From an uncultured Gammaproteobacteria bacterium (lineage in GTDB: Bacteria; Patescibacteriota; Patescibacteriia; Magasanikbacterales; GWA2-37-8), in assembly GCA_964596525.1 (NCBI GenBank), contig CAZQUL010000001.1:332830-396829 (forward strand): a stretch of 64,000 nt of DNA, in the 5' to 3' direction. A model generated the notes under the pieces. It saw only the letters and a list, made by a program, of their open reading frames with translations. It had not been told where the DNA came from and did no database searches. Shown here in pieces: positions 56,964-64,000 of the stretch (the first letter of the stretch is position 1; every line of letters begins with the position of its first letter). The position numbers and the translations under genes were made by a program.

Positions 56964-58475
56964 ATGTCGCCAGCTCGTTCTTCTACAACCGCTTTCATTA
57001 GCGCGCTCAAAACCAGACCCGAAGCGTGGTGGCAGCATCGGGGTGCAGTGCGTACGTTGCGTTTGTTTCATGCCATGGCACGGCGTGTACCAGCGTACCG
57101 CGATTTTCTGGTTAAACATCGTATTGATTCGGATAAGATAACTGCACCAGCAGATCTTAAACACTTACCGCCGACGGACAAAAATTCGTATTTGCGCGCA
57201 TACGAACTCAAAGATTTGGCCTGGGATGGAATTATTGCCGAGCGCAACCAAGTGGTTGCGGCAACTTCAGGTTCAAGCGGCGAGCCGTTTTATTTTCCCC
57301 GTTCGCACGTGCAAGACGCACAATTTGCTTTTACGCTCGATGTGCTGCTGCGCGATTATTGGGCTGTCGAAAAACGTTCCACGCTTTTCGTCAATTGTTT
57401 TGCGCTCGGCATCTGGATCGGCGGGATGTACATGTATCAGGCGCTCAAGTATGTGCTCGACCGTAATCAGTACCGCCTTACGGTTGTCAATCCGGGCGCG
57501 TATAAAGAAGAAGCGATTAAGGCCATTAAACGTCTTGGAAAGTACTACGATCAAGTAATTATCGGCGGGTATGCACCGCTCGTCAAAGATCTGCTCGATG
57601 ATGCGGTGCGTCACGATGTGGATTGGCGTGCGTTCAAACCGCGGTTTTTCTTTGCTGCCGAAGGGTTTAGTGAGACGTTCCGCGATTACATTCTCGGCAA
57701 AGTCGGACTCGATAATCCCTACGTCAATACGTTCAACCACTACGGTACGGCGGATATGGGCACGATGGCGCACGAAACGCCATTCTCGATTTTTATGCGG
57801 CGACAGGCGTTTGCCGAACCAGCCATCGGAGCGCGGCTCTTGCCGGATGTAACCAAACAGCCGACGATCTGTCAGTACTTACCGGAATTATTTTATTTCG
57901 AAGAGGTGGACGGCGGCTTGTTCTGCTCAAGCGGGAGCGGGTTGCCGCTCATACGCTATGACCTCAAAGACCGCGGCGGCGTATTTACCTGGGGCGATGC
58001 CGAACGTGCTTTTGCGGCTGAGGGCAAAAACATGGGATGGCTTACGGAACAAGCGGGGCTGCGTTTTTATCGTTGGAACGTACCGTTTGTGTACGTGTAC
58101 GAACGTGCTGATCTAACCGTGAGCATTTACAGCGTCAATATCTATCCCGAATCCGTACGCCGCGCACTCGAGAAACCCGATTTTCAGGAGTTTTTAACCA
58201 CTAAGTTTTCACTCACGGTCGGCTATGACAACGAGCAGAATCAGGTGCTCAGATTATATGTGGAACTTAAAAACGGCATTGTTGCACCGCCTACGCTCGC
58301 TGATCGGATCCAAACAAGTGTCGTGCGCCAACTCAACGAAGAAAATTCCGAATGGCGCGATTTTTATGCCGACGAATCCATTCGTCATAAGATCCTGCCG
58401 GTTGTCGAGCTCTGTACGTACGAAGATCCGACCTATTTCAAATCCGGCCGCAAACAGCGCTGGGTACTTCGCTAA
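56964..58475 (+). CDS. Phenylacetate-CoA ligase (PaaK)-like adenylate-forming enzyme
   Basis: VPAY, TSGSSGEP, YGTAD, PLIRYDLKD, NIYPE. Confidence 0.88.
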   Translation: MSPARSSTTAFISALKTRPEAWWQHRGAVRTLRLFHAMARRVPAYRDFLVKHRIDSDKITAPADLKHLPPTDKNSYLRAYELKDLAWDGIIAERNQVVAATSGSSGEPFYFPRSHVQDAQFAFTLDVLLRDYWAVEKRSTLFVNCFALGIWIGGMYMYQALKYVLDRNQYRLTVVNPGAYKEEAIKAIKRLGKYYDQVIIGGYAPLVKDLLDDAVRHDVDWRAFKPRFFFAAEGFSETFRDYILGKVGLDNPYVNTFNHYGTADMGTMAHETPFSIFMRRQAFAEPAIGARLLPDVTKQPTICQYLPELFYFEEVDGGLFCSSGSGLPLIRYDLKDRGGVFTWGDAERAFAAEGKNMGWLTEQAGLRFYRWNVPFVYVYERADLTVSIYSVNIYPESVRRALEKPDFQEFLTTKFSLTVGYDNEQNQVLRLYVELKNGIVAPPTLADRIQTSVVRQLNEENSEWRDFYADESIRHKILPVVELCTYEDPTYFKSGRKQRWVLR

Positions 58476-58483
58476 TTTTTTGT

Positions 58484-59584
58484 ATGACCTTGTTGCCAAC
58501 TCCTCGCATTCTTTCCGAAGGAACATTTACCCTTGCCGACCTCGCGGCGTTCAAGCGCGAATTCAAGATCTGGCAGGAATATGATATATACCCGCTTCAG
58601 TTGGCGGAAGTATTTGAAATAACGCACCCCGAACTCCTCTACGCTCGTGACCGCGAAGAGCGAAAAAAAACGTTTATCAACGAAAAGCTTGCTAGAACCA
58701 AAGCCGGGCTCCTCGGCGGATGCTGGGTGTATTTTCCGGCCGACGGCCGTTTGGTGCACATGGTGGGTGAAGAAGATTATTACCGCCTGCGCACTAACCG
58801 TAACCGCAATCTAGTCACGTCCGTGGAGCAAGAAAAGCTGCGCCGTGCCCACATTGGACTCATCGGGTTGTCCGTTGGGAGTGGTGTAGCTACGACGTTG
58901 TCGTATTTGGGCATCGGGGCCACGTTTTCGGTAGCCGAGTTCGATACGCTCGAAACCACCAACCTCAATCGCATCCGCGCTCGCGTCGATCAGATTGGTG
59001 CGTCCAAGCTCACACTTTTAGCCGAACAGATCTACGCCGTCAATCCGTTCGCTCATATCCGTGCTTTTGATCAGGGTATTACGTCAGCAACGCTCGATGC
59101 TTTTACCGAGCCTGGAAAGTGTCCGGATGTTATTTTCGAGATCATCGATAGTTTTGAGATGAAAATCCATATCCGCAACCGCGCAAGATTGCGCCGTGTG
59201 CCGGTCATTATGGTTACCAATTTAGGCGACCGCGTACTTCTTGATGTAGAACGCTACGATGTTGACCTGCAAACGCCGTACTTTAATGGCCGAGCCGGTG
59301 ATGTGCCTGCTGCGATGATCGAAAATCCCGATGTCTCCACCGAGCTCAAGCATCAGTATGCTGTGGCTTTGGCTGGCAAGGAACACATACCCCACCGAGC
59401 TCTCGCTTCGGTCGATGAAATCGGCACAACCCTCGTTGGCCGACCGCAGCTTGCTTCTACAGTAACCGTTGCAACAGGCTTGTGTGGCTATCTGACGCGC
59501 CGTATTCTGCTCGGCGACACCACCCTCTCTGGCTCTTGGCTCATAAACTTTGATACACTATGTGAGACGGATCGTCGCCTATGA
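58484..59584 (+). CDS. ThiF-family adenylyltransferase, Rv1355c/OxzB-like (no fused nitroreductase)
   Basis: WVYFP....VH, RTNRNRNLVT..EQ, GLSVG, FDTLE.TNLNR, DVERYD, PQLAS. Confidence 0.88.
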   Translation: MTLLPTPRILSEGTFTLADLAAFKREFKIWQEYDIYPLQLAEVFEITHPELLYARDREERKKTFINEKLARTKAGLLGGCWVYFPADGRLVHMVGEEDYYRLRTNRNRNLVTSVEQEKLRRAHIGLIGLSVGSGVATTLSYLGIGATFSVAEFDTLETTNLNRIRARVDQIGASKLTLLAEQIYAVNPFAHIRAFDQGITSATLDAFTEPGKCPDVIFEIIDSFEMKIHIRNRARLRRVPVIMVTNLGDRVLLDVERYDVDLQTPYFNGRAGDVPAAMIENPDVSTELKHQYAVALAGKEHIPHRALASVDEIGTTLVGRPQLASTVTVATGLCGYLTRRILLGDTTLSGSWLINFDTLCETDRRL

Positions 59585-60456
59585 CAACCGAAGGAGCGCT
59601 CTTAGCCACAATTAACGCCCCTTTAGCCGTGCGCCAACGCGTTTGCGGTAATTTTACCGTTCATTATTGCGTAGGCGGTAGCGGACCAACGCTTTTTTTC
59701 ATCCACGGCGCCAATATCGGGTGGGGGATGTGGTATACCATATTGCCAGAGCTTGCCAAGAAATACCGCGTTATAGCCATCGATTTGCCCGGCGCCGGGC
59801 GCTCCACCCGGCTCGATTATCAAACCCTCAACATTGAGCGCGACTTCATGGGGCCGTTGACCGAATTCTTCGCTGAAGAAATTGAGGGTCCGGTTACTAT
59901 TCTCGGCAGCTCCATCGGAGGGTACTTGGCGATTCGCTTGGCGGAGAAGTTTCCTGCCCGCGTAAAGGCGCTTGCGCTCTTTAATAGCGTTGGCTTTTCT
60001 TCGCGCCAGAGCGTGGCCGACCGATGCTTGAGCTGGTATCCGCTCGCCCGCCTCATTTCTAAAACCGTCCTTAATCCTCGTCTTTCGCGCTCGCGCATCG
60101 ATGCATTCATCCGTTCCACGTTTTTCAACAAAGAAACGCCGCTCGTCCCCGAATTTCTGGATTACTTTTTTGAAACCACCCTTACCTCGCACAATCTTCT
60201 GTTTATCAGCCGCATGCTGGCCTGCTCGGAAGAATTGGTCGTGACGGACACTGCCGCTCGACTCACCATTCCGACCCTTGTCGTCTGGGGCGAGCATGAT
60301 CGCATCATGCCACTCGAGCATCAACGTGCCGGACTCGGGCGTCTAAACCAATCCCGCCTCGTCGTGGTGCCGGGTGTCGGACATTTTCCGTCGCTTGAGA
60401 ATCCAGCGCGCGTACTTGAGGAAACACTGCCTTTTCTTGCCGCTCATAGCGTATGA
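59581..60456 (+). CDS. Alpha/beta-fold hydrolase
   Basis: HG, DLPG.GRS, nucleophile GSSIGG, WGEHD, GHF..LE.P. Confidence 0.92.
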   Translation: MTTEGALLATINAPLAVRQRVCGNFTVHYCVGGSGPTLFFIHGANIGWGMWYTILPELAKKYRVIAIDLPGAGRSTRLDYQTLNIERDFMGPLTEFFAEEIEGPVTILGSSIGGYLAIRLAEKFPARVKALALFNSVGFSSRQSVADRCLSWYPLARLISKTVLNPRLSRSRIDAFIRSTFFNKETPLVPEFLDYFFETTLTSHNLLFISRMLACSEELVVTDTAARLTIPTLVVWGEHDRIMPLEHQRAGLGRLNQSRLVVVPGVGHFPSLENPARVLEETLPFLAAHSV

Positions 60457-62141
60457 TGTTTATTCCGCCTCATCTATCGCTTGCTATTTTGGTTTTGGCC
60501 GTCATATCCATCGTGGCCTTGGCGCTTATCGTGATCCGCCAGAACATGCGAAGCGCTACGCACCGGATATTTTTTGCCTTGTCGCTCGTTACAGCATCAT
60601 GGCTGGTTTTGACGCACCTGTCGGCTCTGCCGGATTTTCTTACTTACTATCTTCTTACGGCACGCCTCACCATCTTTTGTGCCGTACCGCAGAGCGTGCT
60701 GTTTTTTTTGCTCGCGCATACCCTGCCGTCTGAAAATCTTGTGCTGTCGCACCATCGTTTCCGCCTTCTGATTGTCGCCACGATCGGCGTGATGTTTCTT
60801 ACGCTTACGCCGCTCGTATTTTCTTCGGCAGTAATTACTGGTGGCCGCGGCACGCTCGCCGTGGGGTTTGGTATGCCAGTTTTTGTCGCATTCGTCAGCA
60901 TCTTGAGCATCGCCGCGCTCGTTACGCTCATCAAAAAAATCCATCATAGCGCCGGCACCGTCCGTCGCCAGCTTGTTTTCATGATGACCGGTATTCTTCT
61001 TCTGCTTGGCCTCATCATTTCCACTATCATGATTCCGGTGATTTTTTTTCAATACGATGGCGGTATCAGCTTGGCACCTCTGTACGCGCTTATTTTCATT
61101 GCGCTTACGACAATCGCTATCTTGCGCTACCACTTGTTTGATATCAAACTCATTGCTACCGAAATTTTGGTCGCCATCATCGTTCTTACGCTTTTGTTTG
61201 AAGGTTTGAGAACCGAATCGCTTTTGTCGGCGGCCGTTAAATACTTGTTCTCCGGCCTCGTGCTCTGGCTTGGGTACTTACTCGTCAAAAGCGTCAAGAA
61301 AGAAATCGCGCAGCGCATCGAACTCGCCAACCTTAACACTACGCTTAAAGTTTCCAACGAGCAGCTCGCTACGGCTAATCTGCGGCTTAAAGAACTCGAT
61401 AATCAGAAAACCGAGTTTCTCTCCATCGCGTCGCATCAACTGCGCACACCGCTTTCCATCATCAACGGTTACATCGAACTCTTGGCCGACGGCGGTTATG
61501 GCAAGATGCCTACGCCTGCGCTTGGTGTGTTTGCAAATATCACCAACAATACCGATCATCTCATCCGCCTCGTTAACGAATTCCTCGATATCACCCATAT
61601 TGAGCAAGGGCGCGCCAAGTTTACGTTCGCCCCGGCTGACGTACGCGATATTGTCGATGAAGTAACGCGCGAGCTTGAATCGCAGCTTAAGAACAAGGAT
61701 CTCGAAATTGACTGGCGGCGGCCGGAGCGAGCAGTTATCGCTACGATCGACCGCGAAAAAATCCGCCATGTTATTTTTAATTTCGTCGACAACGCCATCA
61801 AGTACAGCGAGCACGGTGCCATCACTATTACGGTCAAAAGCGAAAAAGGCGGCGTGGCTGTGCGCGTCAAAGACCGCGGACTTGGTTTTGGTCCGGTTGA
61901 TCAGGCCAACTTTTTCCAGAAATTTTATCGCGGCAAGAACGTGGAAGGCGTGAACGTAACCGGCACTGGTCTTGGCCTTTTCGTGGCTAGCAAGTTCGTG
62001 GAAGGGCACCAGGGCAACATCTGGGCGGTAAGTCCAGGGCCGGGCCGGGGGAGTGAGTTTGGTTTTTGGGTGCCGCTCCAGCATGCGAGTGAAGAGGTCT
62101 TGGCCGAATCTTCAAAAGCAAACCAAAAAAAGAAAGCGTAA
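60453..62141 (+). CDS. Sensor histidine kinase with N-terminal 7TM-type multi-pass sensor
   Basis: Multiple TMs ending ILRYHLFDI; H-box SHQLRTPL; N-box NAIKYS; G1 DRGLG; G2 GTGLGL. Confidence 0.93.
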   Translation: MMFIPPHLSLAILVLAVISIVALALIVIRQNMRSATHRIFFALSLVTASWLVLTHLSALPDFLTYYLLTARLTIFCAVPQSVLFFLLAHTLPSENLVLSHHRFRLLIVATIGVMFLTLTPLVFSSAVITGGRGTLAVGFGMPVFVAFVSILSIAALVTLIKKIHHSAGTVRRQLVFMMTGILLLLGLIISTIMIPVIFFQYDGGISLAPLYALIFIALTTIAILRYHLFDIKLIATEILVAIIVLTLLFEGLRTESLLSAAVKYLFSGLVLWLGYLLVKSVKKEIAQRIELANLNTTLKVSNEQLATANLRLKELDNQKTEFLSIASHQLRTPLSIINGYIELLADGGYGKMPTPALGVFANITNNTDHLIRLVNEFLDITHIEQGRAKFTFAPADVRDIVDEVTRELESQLKNKDLEIDWRRPERAVIATIDREKIRHVIFNFVDNAIKYSEHGAITITVKSEKGGVAVRVKDRGLGFGPVDQANFFQKFYRGKNVEGVNVTGTGLGLFVASKFVEGHQGNIWAVSPGPGRGSEFGFWVPLQHASEEVLAESSKANQKKKA

Positions 62142-62160
62142 ATTCTTAATCACTGCAAAG

Positions 62161-64000
62161 TTATTCCCAATGTACCGTCTTTTTCCATTCTTCGAGGTGT
62201 GCAAGAACCGTCGGGTAGCGTTCTAACTTTGGCACCACCTTCTGCGCGAAGTCGCGTGCGATTTCGATGAGCGGAATGTCGGTGAGTTTGGCGAGATGCA
62301 GTTCGTCCATGCCACTTTGCTCGGTGCCGTACACCGCGCCCGGGCCGCGCAGCTCCAAATCTTTTTCAGCCAGCTTGAACCCGTCGGTGCAGCCAGCAAA
62401 AAACGTAAGGCGCTCTGTAGTGGCAGCACTCTGCGCATTAGAAAACAAAAAGCAGTATGACTGATGGTCGGAGCGGCCCACACGGCCGCGGAACTGGTGG
62501 AGCTGCGCCAAACCAAAATGTTCGGCGCCCTCGATGAGCATGATGGAGGCGTTCGGGATGTTAACCCCTACTTCGATGACCGACGTAGCAATGAGAATGT
62601 GCGCAACGCCTGCGGCGAATGCCTGCATAGTCGCTTCTTTGTCGGCGGCTTTCATCTTGCCGTGTACAAAAGCTACTTTCAGATCTGGAAACACGCTGTG
62701 CTGTAATTTTTCGTATTCGCTCATCACTGCGGCGCGGTCGTCGGTGCTGGGCCGTGTGGCTGGAATTTCTTCCTCTTCGTCGGCTTCTTTCACGTCGCTT
62801 TCGGCGATGAGCGGGCAGAGTACGAATGCTTGACGGCCTTTGGCAATTTCTTGGCGAACAAAATCATACGCCCGTGACCGGTCGAATTCGGTAACAAGAC
62901 GGGTGATGATGGGTTTACGTCCGGGTGGTAGTTCACGGATGGCCGAAATGTCCAAATCTCCGTACACGACCAGTGCGAGCGAACGAGGGATGGGTGTTGC
63001 GGTCATGGAAAGAAAATGCGCGTGTCGACCTTTTTCACGGATGATACGACGCTGCTCCACACCAAAACGGTGCTGTTCGTCCACGATCACAAGGCCAAGA
63101 TTTTTAAAGTCGACCTGCTCGGTAAGAAGCGCCTGTGTGCCGATGACCAGATCAACACGGCCTTCCTGCAGAAATTTGAGAAACGCTTTTTTGGGTATTT
63201 CACCGGCCGTGGGCGTGTGTTCTTCGTCGCCAAGTTCGTTGAGACGCCGCTGCGTGCGCGTATAGAGCCCAACGCGTACGCCATAGGGGCCCAAAAGTTT
63301 GGCGAGTGATGTAAAGTGCTGGGCGGCCAAGATTTCGGTGGGTACCATGAGTGCAGCCTGTGCCTGGTTTTTGAAGATGTTAAAAATACCCAGCGCAGCT
63401 ACTACTGTTTTCCCAGACCCGACATCACCCGAGAGCAGGCGATTCATAGGTACGGGGCGCGTCGTGTCTTGAATAATGTCCCAGGCAGCTTTTTTTTGTC
63501 CTGGTGTGAGAGCAAAGGGGAGTGCTTTGACAAAATCCTGTACCGCGGCTTGATGAAACTCAAACGCGGTAGCGGGCGTACTAAGCTGCACGCGCCGAGC
63601 GCGGGTAATGCGCAGCTGCACCAGAGCGAGTTCATCGAATTTAAACCGTGTAGTCGCCGCTTGGATATCCTCGGGCGAAGAAGGGATGTGGATGCTGCGC
63701 ACTGCCCGGTCGAGCGAGATAAGGTTATAAGCACTCCGGAATTCTTCCGGCAGCCAATCAGGAATAGGCGGCAGCTTGTGCAAGATTGTCGCGATCCAGG
63801 AGCGCAATTGTTTGTGGGTGATTCCAGCGGTGAGTGGGTAGAGTGCAACCAGACGTCCCGCGTGGGTGGGTGCGGCGTCGGGGTGTTCCTTTTCGTATAA
63901 TGGCGAAGCGAGTTGCAATCCATAACGTTCGTTTTTTACGGTACCAGCCAAATACACCACGTCGCCTGGTGCGAGTGTTTTGCTGATGAACGGCTGGTTA
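62161..64000 (-). CDS. recG: ATP-dependent DNA helicase RecG; 5' end outside window
   Basis: GDVGSGKT, DEQHRFG, MTATPIPRS, QLHQFRGRVGR, DLELRGPG. Confidence 0.97.
   Translation of the reverse strand, partial: NQPFISKTLAPGDVVYLAGTVKNERYGLQLASPLYEKEHPDAAPTHAGRLVALYPLTAGITHKQLRSWIATILHKLPPIPDWLPEEFRSAYNLISLDRAVRSIHIPSSPEDIQAATTRFKFDELALVQLRITRARRVQLSTPATAFEFHQAAVQDFVKALPFALTPGQKKAAWDIIQDTTRPVPMNRLLSGDVGSGKTVVAALGIFNIFKNQAQAALMVPTEILAAQHFTSLAKLLGPYGVRVGLYTRTQRRLNELGDEEHTPTAGEIPKKAFLKFLQEGRVDLVIGTQALLTEQVDFKNLGLVIVDEQHRFGVEQRRIIREKGRHAHFLSMTATPIPRSLALVVYGDLDISAIRELPPGRKPIITRLVTEFDRSRAYDFVRQEIAKGRQAFVLCPLIAESDVKEADEEEEIPATRPSTDDRAAVMSEYEKLQHSVFPDLKVAFVHGKMKAADKEATMQAFAAGVAHILIATSVIEVGVNIPNASIMLIEGAEHFGLAQLHQFRGRVGRSDHQSYCFLFSNAQSAATTERLTFFAGCTDGFKLAEKDLELRGPGAVYGTEQSGMDELHLAKLTDIPLIEIARDFAQKVVPKLERYPTVLAHLEEWKKTVHWE

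Noticed and set aside
1-64000. Alternative genetic code (UGA recoding as in Gracilibacteria/Absconditabacteria)
   Set aside because: Conserved genes are full length in code 11, and TGA serves as a stop (pth and the ATGA overlaps).

Overview
64 kb of a bacterial chromosome that looks like a Patescibacteria/CPR genome. This assignment is inferred from the gene set (tmk, gatB, der, LCP, topA, spoIID-like, pth, dprA, clpC, pilin-C39 peptidase, radA, recG) and from translation starts that lack a Shine-Dalgarno (SD) sequence. The window holds about 60 CDS, three tRNAs (Val-CAC, Arg-GCG, Ala-GGC) and seven copies of a modular palindromic intergenic repeat. I saw no integrase, transposase or CRISPR array. 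Three things stand out. (1) Two interleaved gene classes use different translation-start grammars. Core genes have no SD and almost always T at -1 before ATG. About 29 accessory genes have an SD-like motif, mostly strong, and many also have their own sigma70 promoter, 5' hairpin and terminator. These accessory genes encode lipoproteins, Cys-rich peptides, two extra FtsH proteases, a FliA-like sigma factor and a MoxR/vWA pair, and may be host-directed. (2) A tightly coupled six-gene operon (nitroreductase, amino-acid dehydrogenase, PaaK-like ligase, Rv1355c-type ThiF, alpha/beta hydrolase, 7TM histidine kinase) looks like a small-molecule signal synthesis, degradation and sensing system. (3) A highly structured transcript behind twin consensus promoters encodes small exported proteins, two of them Cys-rich (one knottin-like), and carries a repeated 3' hairpin with a compensatory base change. 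All calls come from reading motifs by eye; no database searches were run.
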